Origin: an uncultured Gammaproteobacteria bacterium
GTDB lineage: Bacteria; Patescibacteriota; Microgenomatia; Levybacterales; UBA12049
DNA: 64,000 nt
Direction: 5' to 3'
Assembly (NCBI GenBank): GCA_964474445.1
Contig: CAYYSJ010000004.1
Coordinates: forward strand, 64,185 to 128,184
Under the pieces are notes generated by a model. The model had not been told where the DNA came from, made no database searches, and saw nothing but the letters and a program-made list of their open reading frames with translations. Numbering within the stretch: the first letter of the stretch is position 1; every line of letters begins with the position of its first letter. This document shows positions 48,006 through 58,572 of the stretch, piece after piece. Position numbers and translations under genes: made by a program.

Positions 48006-49456
48006 GCGGTAAGGGACAACATGCAAAAGCATTATTAAAAACATTCTTACGTGACGTCACACAAAAGAATAAACTCGACGAAACGTTAGAAAACTATCTT
48101 AACAATATCCAACCTCTGGAAGATATGCATAAGGTAACAGAGATTCCTTTCTCATCAGAAAGAAAATACAGCGCATGTGTATATTATGAGAACATAACGC
48201 TTGTGTTGGGAGCTCCTGAAATGCTTCTTTCTGGAGAGAGTACCTATATGAAGATAATAAAGGAATATACAGAAGAGTCCTATCGTGTTGTTGTTTTTGG
48301 AATAATTGAAGGAAAGTTTGATGAGAAAAAAGAGAATGTGAGGAAAAGATTCAAACCACTATTGGTTATTGCACTTGATGATCCCATTCGAGAAGAAACA
48401 CCGTCAACGCTTGAAAAGCTTATCAAGGAACATATTGAGTATCGTATTATCTCAGGAGATTCACCTGATACTGTTGCCGCAATTGCAAAAAGGATTAATA
48501 AAGACTATCCTGCCAAGATTATTACTGGGACTGAGCTTGACGAGTTACAAGGGACAGCATTGGAAAATGCCATCTTGGAGCACACTATTTTTGCTCGCAT
48601 AAAGCCTCATCAAAAACAGCTTATTGTGAGAACACTGAAAAAAAACAAACTTTTTACCATTATGATAGGGGATGGAGTGAATGACGTGTTGGCTCTCAAA
48701 GAATCTGATTTGGGAGTAGCTATGAATGGGGGATCATCTATGGCCAAAGATGTAGCAGATGTTGTCTTGCTGAACAATTCGTTTTCTACGCTTCCAATGC
48801 TTCTTTATGAAGGGAGACGAATCATTACAAATATTCAGACAATTGCGAATATTTATCTCATAAAAAATGTTTCATCTATTGCTGCAATTCTTATGCTTGG
48901 ATTTATTGGATTACGATTTCCTTTTAATCCAAAACATGTGCAGCTTTCAAGTTTTCTGATTATCGGTATCCCATCGTTTCTTCTCGCATTTGAGAAACAC
49001 ACATTCTCAACAACCGATGAAGGTTTTATTAAGCGGTTATTGCTATTTTCAGGAATTGTTGGCTTTGGGAATGCAATCTTTTTTACGATATTGTATACAT
49101 ACTATGACGTTACCAGTCCTGTCATTTTCTATGCCCAAAGTATGTTATTGATAACAGTGATGTTTTTCGGCATTAATAACATTATTCTTATCTATCTCCA
49201 GCATTATTCATTAGAAGAAATTTTTAGGAGACAAATAGTTATTGGACTCCTCATACTGATTTTTGGGGCATTTGCCCTTTGTCTTTTGATACCTCCTCTT
49301 CGTGTGTTTTTTGATATACAAAGGGTGAGTATGTTTGACGTTCTTCTTGCTTTTTGTTTTTCCATAGTAGGATCACTCATTATCGCAGGAGTCCTTCAGC
49401 AGCAACATCTCTTGAAGTCTTTAGAGGCACCTGAAAAAGTTAAAAAGGAAGAATAA
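48002..49456 (+). CDS. P-type ATPase (CtpE-like), C-terminal half
   Basis: PFSSERKYS, GAPE, DPIRE, ISGD, GDGVND, TM5-10; ATGA overlap with AAGGAGG upstream. Confidence 0.9.
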   Translation: MSGKGQHAKALLKTFLRDVTQKNKLDETLENYLNNIQPLEDMHKVTEIPFSSERKYSACVYYENITLVLGAPEMLLSGESTYMKIIKEYTEESYRVVVFGIIEGKFDEKKENVRKRFKPLLVIALDDPIREETPSTLEKLIKEHIEYRIISGDSPDTVAAIAKRINKDYPAKIITGTELDELQGTALENAILEHTIFARIKPHQKQLIVRTLKKNKLFTIMIGDGVNDVLALKESDLGVAMNGGSSMAKDVADVVLLNNSFSTLPMLLYEGRRIITNIQTIANIYLIKNVSSIAAILMLGFIGLRFPFNPKHVQLSSFLIIGIPSFLLAFEKHTFSTTDEGFIKRLLLFSGIVGFGNAIFFTILYTYYDVTSPVIFYAQSMLLITVMFFGINNIILIYLQHYSLEEIFRRQIVIGLLILIFGAFALCLLIPPLRVFFDIQRVSMFDVLLAFCFSIVGSLIIAGVLQQQHLLKSLEAPEKVKKEE

Positions 49457-49465
49457 GCAATACTA

Positions 49466-50461
49466 TTATTGCATGTTTTTTCCGAATGTTTGTATATCCC
49501 ATCTGCCATCTACCATGACACGCGGCATTGCAAACAGTTTATCTTTTATCTGTATCTTGCCAGGTACTGTGGAAACTGCTCCTTTATAACCCGCTTCTTG
49601 CACGATTGTTATAATTTTTTGATTGTAGTCACCGTAGGGATAAGCAAACCAATTGATGGGGCTTTTGAGTTGTTTTTCTAAATCACGTTTACTTCCCGTA
49701 ATCTCATCTTGAGCAAGAATATTTGAAATCGCGGTAAGAAAGGGGTGGTGTTTGGTATGTGCACCAAACGTGATAAAGTGGCTTGCATACATAGTCTTTA
49801 TTTCATTCCACGTAAGATATACTCCGCTTCCAACAACATCAGTAATAATAAAGTCAATTGCCTGCATATTATTTTTCTTTAACAGCGGGAATGCATTATC
49901 ATAAAAGCTTTGATATCCATCGTCAAAAGTAATGACAACAGCTTTTTGAGGAAGTGTTTTCTTCCCATCAAGTGCATCTAAAATATCATCCAGAGTCACT
50001 GTTGTATATGCATGAGAGGAAAGATATTCTAACTGCTGTTGAAATTGGAACGGTGAGACAAACAGTGCTGCCCATATCGGATTGAACGGTAATGGGTTTA
50101 CTCGAAGATGGTGGTACATAAGGATAGGCACTTGCACTTGCTTCAAAGGAAGCGGAGGGGGAGTTGAGGGAGTAGGAGAGATGGGTGGAGTTTGAGATGC
50201 TGGTTTCTCTGTATACACGTCACCACCCTCTTTATAAATGTTAAGTCCCTCGAGTACCTTTGAGGTAGCAGGTCGGTAGGGAAAGGCTTCATGCGCTTTA
50301 CTGTAATATTCTTGTGCCTCAGGGATTCTTCCACTCAGCAGAGCTTTATTTCCCAGTCGAATATAATAACTACTTTGTTGAAATTTATATATTCCAAAAC
50401 CGGTAAGTCCCAATACGAGAAGTAAAAAAATGACAAGAAAAACTGTTAGCGATAACCTCAT
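49466..50461 (-). CDS. Membrane-anchored CE4 polysaccharide deacetylase (IcaB/PgaB-like) with TPR-like helix
   Basis: PILMYHH, TFDDG, HTKHH, FAYPYG. Confidence 0.9.
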   Translation of the reverse strand: MRLSLTVFLVIFLLLVLGLTGFGIYKFQQSSYYIRLGNKALLSGRIPEAQEYYSKAHEAFPYRPATSKVLEGLNIYKEGGDVYTEKPASQTPPISPTPSTPPPLPLKQVQVPILMYHHLRVNPLPFNPIWAALFVSPFQFQQQLEYLSSHAYTTVTLDDILDALDGKKTLPQKAVVITFDDGYQSFYDNAFPLLKKNNMQAIDFIITDVVGSGVYLTWNEIKTMYASHFITFGAHTKHHPFLTAISNILAQDEITGSKRDLEKQLKSPINWFAYPYGDYNQKIITIVQEAGYKGAVSTVPGKIQIKDKLFAMPRVMVDGRWDIQTFGKNMQ

Positions 50462-50934
50462 TGTTGGTTTAATACCCTTATTTTCTGCACTTTTGGCGTA
50501 GGCGTTGGTTGTTTATTCTTCTTAGGGTTTAAAAGAGTATTCACTGTATTTGGTTGCTTAGGTTTCTTTCTGATTGTTGTTACTGGCTTCTTTGGTTTAA
50601 AAATATTTTGTACATTTTGAACCATTTTTTTTACAACGTTCACGATTTGTTGTACAGGTTGAGGTAGGGGAGCAGACGTAATAACAAGAGGTGGTCTCGT
50701 AGGAGATGCTGTAATACCAATAGTAGGTGTTGCACTAGGGGTTTTTGTAGGGGTAGGCTTTACTGTCGGCTTTGGCGTAGGAGTTGCAGGTTTTGGTGTC
50801 GGGGTGGCTGTAGGAGTAGGAGTTATTAGAGCAAACGTATTGTAAGGCAATGCAACAAATATCAGTACAAGAACGAGGAAGAAAAATATATGTCTTTTTG
50901 CATCGTGCATGTTGTCCGAAACTTTCATAGACAA
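50458..50934 (-). CDS. Secreted P/T/K-rich protein
   Basis: Signal peptide, PTPT repeats, basic C-terminus. Confidence 0.7.
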   Translation of the reverse strand: MSMKVSDNMHDAKRHIFFFLVLVLIFVALPYNTFALITPTPTATPTPKPATPTPKPTVKPTPTKTPSATPTIGITASPTRPPLVITSAPLPQPVQQIVNVVKKMVQNVQNIFKPKKPVTTIRKKPKQPNTVNTLLNPKKNKQPTPTPKVQKIRVLNQQ

Positions 50935-50939
50935 AGTAT

Positions 50940-51473
50940 TTACGTAAGTTCATTCAATTTCCTTGTTATGGTATGTTCTAGGGTTGTTCGCTGATCCTCG
51001 TCAATCTTTTTATTTGCTGTTGCAAGGTCTATTTCAGTTTGGAGATTCGTCAATGATTCTTTTACCCTGTTTACCAGGGTCTTTGTATTTGCTGAGCCTT
51101 TTTCTTTGTTCTCTCTCAGTGGTTCGAGCGCTACCTCTATTTGCTTCATGTATTCTTTGAACGCTTTTCTTTTACCCTGTACCTTCCACCATGTAAGTAA
51201 AGAGCCGGCTAAAATACCAAGTCCTCCTGCTGCAGAGGGAATTGTTGTGAACAGATTCTTTGAAGAAAAAAGAGAAGAATCTTGTGAGGAAGAACCCTTT
51301 GGTTTAGACAAAACAAGCCCCTCAGCAGTCGTATAGGCAGTTCGTTTTATCCAATATGGAGTGATATTAGGAATGGTGAGTTGTTGGGCGAAAGTAGGGA
51401 CGACATCAATTGATACATAGCTGATGAGAAATAAGAGAATGACTAAGAAAAGAGACTTGAAATTCATAAGCAA
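50940..51473 (-). CDS. Hypothetical membrane protein
   Basis: Signal peptide, internal TM, helical C-terminal domain. Confidence 0.7.
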   Translation of the reverse strand: MLMNFKSLFLVILLFLISYVSIDVVPTFAQQLTIPNITPYWIKRTAYTTAEGLVLSKPKGSSSQDSSLFSSKNLFTTIPSAAGGLGILAGSLLTWWKVQGKRKAFKEYMKQIEVALEPLRENKEKGSANTKTLVNRVKESLTNLQTEIDLATANKKIDEDQRTTLEHTITRKLNELT

Positions 51474-51491
51474 TAGTTATAGTGTAGAAGT

Positions 51492-52607
51492 ATGGACTAT
51501 AAAATGCAAGATGTAAGACCCCAGCCAGGTAGTGAACAGCAGGCGAAACAGGTAAATAATGGTCTGGGAAAAGGCAGAGGAAAAAAAATATTACTTTGGT
51601 CGTTAGTGGTATTCGGAGGGTTAGCGATTTTGGGTGGATTGTATCTTGCCTTGACAAACCTGAAACAAATTCATCTGTATCTCACACCTGTTGCTATATC
51701 GAAAGGGACTATTCGGACACAAGTTGTCTTTCCCGGAACTGTAGACTTTACCAATCATGTTGTTTTGCAATTTCAGCAAGTTCCAGCTAGTGGTGTTATG
51801 ATCTCATGGGTTGGAGTGAAAGTTGGAGATCACGTCAGTAAAAATCAACTCCTTGCTTCTTTGGATCAACAATCAGTCTTCAAGCAACAACAAGCAAACT
51901 TAGCTACATATTGGAAGCAACGTCTCACATATGACCAAACGGTAAACAACAACAACAACCTCACTCCTCAAACGGCATTGAATGATTCTCAAAAGAGACT
52001 TTTGCAACAAAATCAGGTAGATTTAGACCAGTCAGTATTTACTGTTGAACTTCAGGATATCGTGCAACGCTTATCGAACCTCTGGTCACCAATTGATGGG
52101 ATAGTTACCCGTGTTGACACACCTGTAGCAGGGGTTAATATCCAAACTGCAGATGAGGCTCGATTTGAAGTTATCAATCCTCAGACAATGTTCTTTAGTG
52201 CTAACATTGATGAATCAGAAGTATCAAATCTTCACGTAGGAGATAAAGGTATTGTTATTTTGAATGCATATCCTGCTACCTACTTGCAAGCAACGATTAC
52301 TGACATTGCGTTTGCCTCTCATCAGGATAGTAATGGAAATACGGTGTATACAGTGAAACTGCAGTTAGACGGTCAATCGAATAATAATTATGCATATAAG
52401 CTTGGTATGGGGGGAAATGTTATTTTCTACGAGTATGGTGACAATATTTTAACGATACCAAATGAGTATATTCATCAAGATGATAATGGAAGCTATGTCC
52501 GTCTTGGAAAAGACAAGAAATTAACATATATCCAAATTGGGATAACAAATGGTAAGGCAACAGAAGTAGTGAAGGGTTTGGTGGCAGGAGAAGAAGTCTA
52601 TTACTAA
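51492..52607 (+). CDS. Efflux periplasmic adaptor (HlyD/membrane fusion protein)
   Basis: TM, VKVGDHV.K.QLLASLD, coiled coil, SPIDGIV, IDESEV, GL..GE.V. Confidence 0.88.
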   Translation: MDYKMQDVRPQPGSEQQAKQVNNGLGKGRGKKILLWSLVVFGGLAILGGLYLALTNLKQIHLYLTPVAISKGTIRTQVVFPGTVDFTNHVVLQFQQVPASGVMISWVGVKVGDHVSKNQLLASLDQQSVFKQQQANLATYWKQRLTYDQTVNNNNNLTPQTALNDSQKRLLQQNQVDLDQSVFTVELQDIVQRLSNLWSPIDGIVTRVDTPVAGVNIQTADEARFEVINPQTMFFSANIDESEVSNLHVGDKGIVILNAYPATYLQATITDIAFASHQDSNGNTVYTVKLQLDGQSNNNYAYKLGMGGNVIFYEYGDNILTIPNEYIHQDDNGSYVRLGKDKKLTYIQIGITNGKATEVVKGLVAGEEVYY

Positions 52608-52730
52608 CATTGACCTCTTTCATATTGCCTCACTGATACATCTCCGTTATATATGTCGAAGGTAAAAGTCATTTACTATACATGTCAAATCTTGACTGAC
52701 TGATGTTATTACTGAAATAATAAACTCATC

Positions 52731-53693
52731 GTGGCAATTCAAGTCAATTCCGATAAAAAAGGTGTTCATGTCCATGTCCCGCATTCCCATGTGCGGCTAT
52801 TCATCATTATTCTCCTTCTCCTTCTTGGTGCAGTTATTGGATATGTTGGGTATCAATACTATAAAACAACGACATCATATATTAATAAAAAGGAGTTACA
52901 AGGATATAACTTTACTCCACCTTCTGATATTAAAAAAGAAATACAGCAAATCCAAAAACACACTCCTGAAACTTTGCAAAAAATTGCCAGTATATCAGGT
53001 ACCATTCGTGTCCCAATTCTTATGTACCACTATATTGAATATGTTCAGGATAGGAGAGATACCATTAGAATTTCCTTAAATATCACCCCGTATACTTTGG
53101 AACAACAGATTCAAACATTACAAACAGCAGGATATACGTTTATGACAGAGGCAGATCTAGACGATGTTTTAGATGGCATAAAACCATTACCTCGCAATCC
53201 AATCCTTTTAACATTTGATGATGGATACAGAGATTTTGCAACTGATGCGTATCCGATTCTCAAAAAATATAATGTAAAAGCAACAGCATATATTGTTCCA
53301 GGCTTTTTAGATAGGCCAAATTATATGTTTCGAACGCAACTTGATCAAATTGCAAGTGATGGGCTTGTAGAAGTTGCAAATCATACAGAAGATCATATTG
53401 GATTAGCCAGACAAGCTCTCAAAACAGTCACTGACCAGGTACTTCGGAGTAAAATTATGCTTGAAAATGAAATTCATAAACCAGTAGTGGATTTTGCATA
53501 TCCATATGGTGCGTTTGATGATCAGGCAATACAAGTGGTGAAAGACGCAGGTTTTCGAAGTGCTGTATCCACAATCCCAGGCATTGACCAAGAACAGAGA
53601 AATCGATATTTTCTTTTTCGACTGAGACCTGGTTATCGGGTTGGACAGACTCTTTTAGCGTGGTTACATCAAGACACATTTAGCGCCTATTAA
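52731..53693 (+). CDS. Membrane-anchored CE4 polysaccharide deacetylase (IcaB/PgaB-like)
   Basis: PILMYH, TFDDGY, NHTEDH, FAYPYG. Confidence 0.92.
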   Translation: MAIQVNSDKKGVHVHVPHSHVRLFIIILLLLLGAVIGYVGYQYYKTTTSYINKKELQGYNFTPPSDIKKEIQQIQKHTPETLQKIASISGTIRVPILMYHYIEYVQDRRDTIRISLNITPYTLEQQIQTLQTAGYTFMTEADLDDVLDGIKPLPRNPILLTFDDGYRDFATDAYPILKKYNVKATAYIVPGFLDRPNYMFRTQLDQIASDGLVEVANHTEDHIGLARQALKTVTDQVLRSKIMLENEIHKPVVDFAYPYGAFDDQAIQVVKDAGFRSAVSTIPGIDQEQRNRYFLFRLRPGYRVGQTLLAWLHQDTFSAY

Positions 53694-53756
53694 TAAACTT
53701 CTAGCAATAGCTTTAATGGCAAGATAAGGTCCTTCGGATGCTATACTGTATGTACC

Positions 53757-54833
53757 ATGGGGTCAGATATTGTACAGAAGAGATTAGAGAATCAACAACT
53801 TACCTTCGCTCATTTTACCCATGCTGAAGATGTTGTGAACTGGTTTGGCGCCATGCAAGCGCAAGATTTTGCTGCTGCAAAATGGGCAATAGCACTTCGT
53901 ACAAAAAACCAAACAGATCATGATATTGAGCAAGCATTTAATGAAGGGAAAATCATTCGAACACATATTATGCGTCCTACATGGCATTTTGTGACTCCTT
54001 CTGTGATTCGTTGGCTGCTTGCTCTGACTTCAGAGAGAGTGCATGCATTCAATGGCTATTACTACCGACAATCTGGTCTTGATAAAGCTATTTTCCAAAA
54101 AAGTAATGAAATCATCAGGAGGACGTTACAAGGAGGAAAACAGTGTACTCGTGAGCAGTTGCGTCAGGAACTTGAAAAAGGGGAAGTTCCCACAAAGGAC
54201 TTAGGACTTTCATTTACTATTATGCAGGCAGAATTGGATGGTATTATTTGCAGTGGACCAAGAATTGGGAAACAGTTTACCTATATGTTACTTGATGACC
54301 GTGTTCCAAACACAAAAGCAATTTCCCGTGATGAAGCGTTAACAGAACTGATCAAGCGTTATTTTCAAAGTCATGGGCCAGCGCAAATACAAGATTTTGT
54401 TTGGTGGTCAGGACTTACTGTTGCCGATGCAAAAAAGGGAATAGCGCTCGTAGGGCGTAAATTACACAAAGAAGAGAAGGAAGGCAAGACATATTGGTGG
54501 ATAGACTCTTCTACACAGCAAGTCTCACCGTCTCACGAATGCTTTCTCATCCCTGGTTTTGATGAATACTTTATTGCATATAAAGAGAGAAGTGATGTGT
54601 TAGACAAAAAATATGCAAAACACCTCAACCAAGGGGGAGGGATGGTGAATGGTGCTATTGTGGTAGAAGGAACAATGGTTGGAGGATGGAAAAGAACTTT
54701 TGAGAAAGACCATGTTGTTATCACCACGCAACTTTTTGAAAACATTACGGCGTCACAACAAGATGCACTAGAAAAACAAGCACAGCGCTATGGACAATTT
54801 ATTACTATGCCAGTAATCACCAAGCGGGCGTAG
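53757..54833 (+). CDS. AlkZ/YcaQ (HTH_42) family DNA glycosylase
   Basis: MQAQD (QxQ), RTHIMRPTWH, HGPA...DF.WWSG, FDEY. Confidence 0.85.
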   Translation: MGSDIVQKRLENQQLTFAHFTHAEDVVNWFGAMQAQDFAAAKWAIALRTKNQTDHDIEQAFNEGKIIRTHIMRPTWHFVTPSVIRWLLALTSERVHAFNGYYYRQSGLDKAIFQKSNEIIRRTLQGGKQCTREQLRQELEKGEVPTKDLGLSFTIMQAELDGIICSGPRIGKQFTYMLLDDRVPNTKAISRDEALTELIKRYFQSHGPAQIQDFVWWSGLTVADAKKGIALVGRKLHKEEKEGKTYWWIDSSTQQVSPSHECFLIPGFDEYFIAYKERSDVLDKKYAKHLNQGGGMVNGAIVVEGTMVGGWKRTFEKDHVVITTQLFENITASQQDALEKQAQRYGQFITMPVITKRA

Positions 54834-54867
54834 ATATCTGTGTTGAAAGATTTTTAGCAACAGGAGA

Positions 54868-55476
54868 TTACATATTGTTACGATCATCAACAAGATCCAG
54901 ACTCACTAAATGAGAAGAGATAAACCATACTTGTAATTCATTCGTTCGCAAGATATCGCTCATCAGTAAATCATTTGTTCCCCAATCATCATTTTCTTCG
55001 GTGATATGAATACCTTCATGAAGTTGTTGAATAATAATCTCATGTGCATCAAGAAGGCGACTAATCATAACAGGAGGAGTTTCAGCTCCTGCTGGTGCTC
55101 GTGGGATTTTTGTTCGTTCGGCAACATCCTGTGGCATACCAACTGCCACACCACCAAGTGTTTGAATACGTTCTGCGAGAAGGTCAACAAGTGCGAGTTG
55201 TTCATCAGCATGTTTGTCAAAAAGTAAATGCAATTGATAAAACGTATGGCCTAACACTTGCCAGTGGTGTTTCTTATACATGCTGTAAAGAGTGATTGTA
55301 TCTGACAGTAACTGGTTCAGTAGCTGCACATTTTTTTGTCGTGCTGCGTCAGGCAATGCGATCTGCATCGTTCGAAGTTTGTCCTCTGGCTGTATCTCAT
55401 GTGCCATTTGATGGAGAAGTGGTTCATATAGTTTTTTCTGTTGTTTGGAAGGCTCGTGTTGTTGCATTAGAGACAA
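54868..55476 (-). CDS. dps: Dps DNA-protection protein
   Basis: KKHHW.V.G..F..LH.LFD, D.LAERI..LGG, D.GT.DL. Confidence 0.93.
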   Translation of the reverse strand: MSLMQQHEPSKQQKKLYEPLLHQMAHEIQPEDKLRTMQIALPDAARQKNVQLLNQLLSDTITLYSMYKKHHWQVLGHTFYQLHLLFDKHADEQLALVDLLAERIQTLGGVAVGMPQDVAERTKIPRAPAGAETPPVMISRLLDAHEIIIQQLHEGIHITEENDDWGTNDLLMSDILRTNELQVWFISSHLVSLDLVDDRNNM

Positions 55477-55570
55477 ACATACAGGAAGAGCGTAAGAGAG
55501 AAGGGGTAGAGAAGTAAGATAGCAGTAATGTTTAGAGAATCAAGGCACTTCTGAAATATTTTTGATGAAG

Positions 55571-56989
55571 TTATGGCTCGTTCAGTACCCTTTTTCCTTC
55601 TTTCATATTATAGTCATTGCCAACAATAACAAGGACATTGTAATTGCTTTGTTTGGAAGAATTCAACACGGTATCCACTCCAAATTCTTTTTTCAGTACA
55701 TCGATATCAGCTGAATTTACATTATTGTCATATACCGTGATTGTTGTTTGCGGAGAGACATGGGTGATAGAGTTGATTGGACTAAGTACTTGTATATTTT
55801 TGTCTTTTAGTCTGTTAACAGCAAGTCCTGCAAGGCCTGGAATCGTTGTCCCATTCTGAACTTGCACAATTGCAGGAGTTTGTTGTGGCTTGCCAGTTAT
55901 GATGTCTTGAAGATACGTGTGGATGTTCGTCCAATGTTCTAAACCATCTTTTGGTTGGAGAATTGCTTGTCCATCATCTGAGGTGGCGTCGGTGAGGTAG
56001 TCTTGAATCGAAACTGTCTCTATTTTGTATTTATTCAAGATGTTTGCATTTTCAATAAGCGTTTTTACATCATCAAGTGTTAAATCAGTTCTAAAGTCAT
56101 CACCTAAAGAAGTAGTAAACGGAATAACTTGTGGAATAAAGCCAGCTGAAAAGATTTTTTGCTTTACTGCTACGAGAAGATTCCGTTGTCTTTTTGCTCT
56201 CCCAAAATCTGTACCATCTTGGAATGAATGGCGCGACCTCACATACGATAGTGCTCTCTCTCCATCCATGTGTTGCAGTCCTGCGTCGAAGTGAAGATTT
56301 TCGTATCTGCAGGGGTAAACGAGCTCAGGTGAGCTACTTGCTGCTTGTTGATCAAGGTGTGGAATCTCTGATGGTTGATGTCCACACAAGTCAGTTTCCT
56401 TTCCATCAATAGGGTATTGAGAATCGGTAAATGCTGTTTCCACTTGTATGTCTACACCGTTTAACGTATCGATTGTATGCTTAAAACCGGTAAAATCCAT
56501 GCCAACAAAATAATCTATAGGGAAACCTGTTACTTGTGAAACCATATATTCTGCTAAATGTCCTCCACCATCTGGTCCTTTGAATTGTGCTTGTTTATGA
56601 GGATAATTTGTATCATCCAGACCTAACTCATAGGCTGCATTGATTTTCCAATAGCTACTTGTTGGTCCGTCTGTTGGGATTTTCACCCAAAGATCTCTTG
56701 GGATGGAGATAAGAAAAATCTTTTGTGTTTGAGGGTCAATAGAAACAACCATTATGGAATCAGTTAAATATGCTCCGTCATGATTTCCGCCTCCATACCC
56801 TAAAAGAACAAGGTTTATAGGAGTTTTATCATTCAATTTTTGTTGGAGTGAGCTTATGGAAGCTTTTCCGTGGGGGATGAAGACTTTCTTCGTAATACCA
56901 TGAAACCACAGGTATGCAATACATCCTCCAATTCCTAAAAGGAGCACGAGGGAGAAAAGGATAACGAGCTTCTTCATAGAGGTTAGCAT
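55571..56989 (-). CDS. LCP family glycopolymer transferase with LytR_C domain
   Basis: LTDSIM, SIPRD, KINAAY, YVRSRH, DFGRAKRQ, VQNGT..PGLA. Confidence 0.93.
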   Translation of the reverse strand: MLTSMKKLVILFSLVLLLGIGGCIAYLWFHGITKKVFIPHGKASISSLQQKLNDKTPINLVLLGYGGGNHDGAYLTDSIMVVSIDPQTQKIFLISIPRDLWVKIPTDGPTSSYWKINAAYELGLDDTNYPHKQAQFKGPDGGGHLAEYMVSQVTGFPIDYFVGMDFTGFKHTIDTLNGVDIQVETAFTDSQYPIDGKETDLCGHQPSEIPHLDQQAASSSPELVYPCRYENLHFDAGLQHMDGERALSYVRSRHSFQDGTDFGRAKRQRNLLVAVKQKIFSAGFIPQVIPFTTSLGDDFRTDLTLDDVKTLIENANILNKYKIETVSIQDYLTDATSDDGQAILQPKDGLEHWTNIHTYLQDIITGKPQQTPAIVQVQNGTTIPGLAGLAVNRLKDKNIQVLSPINSITHVSPQTTITVYDNNVNSADIDVLKKEFGVDTVLNSSKQSNYNVLVIVGNDYNMKEGKRVLNEP

Positions 56990-57081
56990 ATTGTATAAGA
57001 GCAGGGAGAGGATGTGAAGTAGAAAAATAACGTTTTTACTGTGAGTTTACCGAACCAGTTTACTGTGTAGGAAATAGATAG

Positions 57082-58467
57082 TTAAGCAGTGATAGCCTCA
57101 TATAATCCTGTTTGTTCAGGAAGAATGTAGCCAACAGCATGATCTCCTTCAAGAATGCTTTTTGCATAACTAGGAATCTCTGAAATAACTCCTTTTTTCA
57201 ATGAATTTTCCAACACACATTGGAGTGTTGCTAGTGCGAGGTTAATTGCGTGGGATGCTTTTGTTGGAACAACCCGAAAGTATCCTGGCAATTTCTCATT
57301 ATGCTCAACTTTCGGCTGAACTTTAGAAGACTGATCATGTGTAAAAGAAACAGCGACGCCTGGATACATATCAAAGGTAGTAGCATATGCATCAAGAGAG
57401 GGCATAAATATTCTTGCGTTTTCAATGAGTGATGTGTTCCAGGTTCCTCTATCTTGAGAACGTCTTTGTAGCTGATTGTGCCAGTGAGAAGGTAAAGAAA
57501 TGTTTTCACCCTGGTTAACAGCCAGACTATCAACTGTTTCTCCAAAGCCAACAATAGAAGCAACACCATTTCCTAAAGGAAGATAGTGCATGACACCTGG
57601 GAAAAGGATGACAACAGGGAACGGATAGGTTTCTTCAGTTTGTTTATCAACATAGACATCATGAAAGGTCTTGAGGTCCATTTTTACTGTGGGTGTGTCT
57701 CCAAGGTGTTCTCCTAAAATACGAGCATTATAATTACTTGCATTAACAACAATATCACTCGTTGTGGTTGTAACTGTATTTGTTTTTTTATCTTTTAGTG
57801 TTAAGGAATAAGGGGAGGTAGCAGGATCTTTTTGGATATTGGTAACCTCTGTTGAGGTTACAATCTCAACGCTTCGTGCTTCTAGAGTAGAGAGCAATGT
57901 ATGACGTGTCCTGTCCATGTTAAATACTGGTTCTTGTGTCGCAATGCCTCCTTGGATATGAGCAAAGTTAGAAAGCTCATGTGGTTGCAGTACTCTAAAA
58001 AAATCTTCAGATGCCCCAAAAATCTGATCTTTCTCTGGAAGGCTAGCATAATAATTCTTTAAGCGTGTATAAAAATCTACATAATCAATAAAGCTAATAT
58101 CAGAATTTGTTGAAATCAAAAAACGAAGTGCCTGGTCTCCAAAGGCAAAAGGCATAGCTTTTTTCATAAGAATGGCAGATTGCAAACACTCAACTGCTGT
58201 ATGCCATGATTTTGGATACCGTCCGCCTAAATGAATTCCTAATGCTCCAAGACTTGTCCCTGCAAAAGGGGTATCAAGCTGTTCTATGATTCTTACTTTA
58301 TATCCTGCCTCACTCAGTACCCAGGCAGTAGTACAACCAGCTATGCCACTTCCAATAACAGTAACGGATTCATTAATCTCCGGTCTTTCAGGCAAGGACG
58401 CCTTCTCTACTTGCTGAAATCTTTCACGCACAAGCGGTCTGCTCCCACGATGTAATAGCTCTGCCAT
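57082..58467 (-). CDS. FAD-dependent oxidoreductase (DAO-like)
   Basis: VIGSGIAG, GTS....IHLG..YP, VVNAS; start placed at MAELLH. Confidence 0.8.
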   Translation of the reverse strand: MAELLHRGSRPLVRERFQQVEKASLPERPEINESVTVIGSGIAGCTTAWVLSEAGYKVRIIEQLDTPFAGTSLGALGIHLGGRYPKSWHTAVECLQSAILMKKAMPFAFGDQALRFLISTNSDISFIDYVDFYTRLKNYYASLPEKDQIFGASEDFFRVLQPHELSNFAHIQGGIATQEPVFNMDRTRHTLLSTLEARSVEIVTSTEVTNIQKDPATSPYSLTLKDKKTNTVTTTTSDIVVNASNYNARILGEHLGDTPTVKMDLKTFHDVYVDKQTEETYPFPVVILFPGVMHYLPLGNGVASIVGFGETVDSLAVNQGENISLPSHWHNQLQRRSQDRGTWNTSLIENARIFMPSLDAYATTFDMYPGVAVSFTHDQSSKVQPKVEHNEKLPGYFRVVPTKASHAINLALATLQCVLENSLKKGVISEIPSYAKSILEGDHAVGYILPEQTGLYEAITA

Positions 58468-58572
58468 AGTTAATAGTGTGCGTATTCTATTACTTTTAGA
58501 CCTATAATTCAATGGTAATAGTGGGTGCGTTGAAAAAGAACAATCAGCATGCTATCTTGTTCTCATATTACT

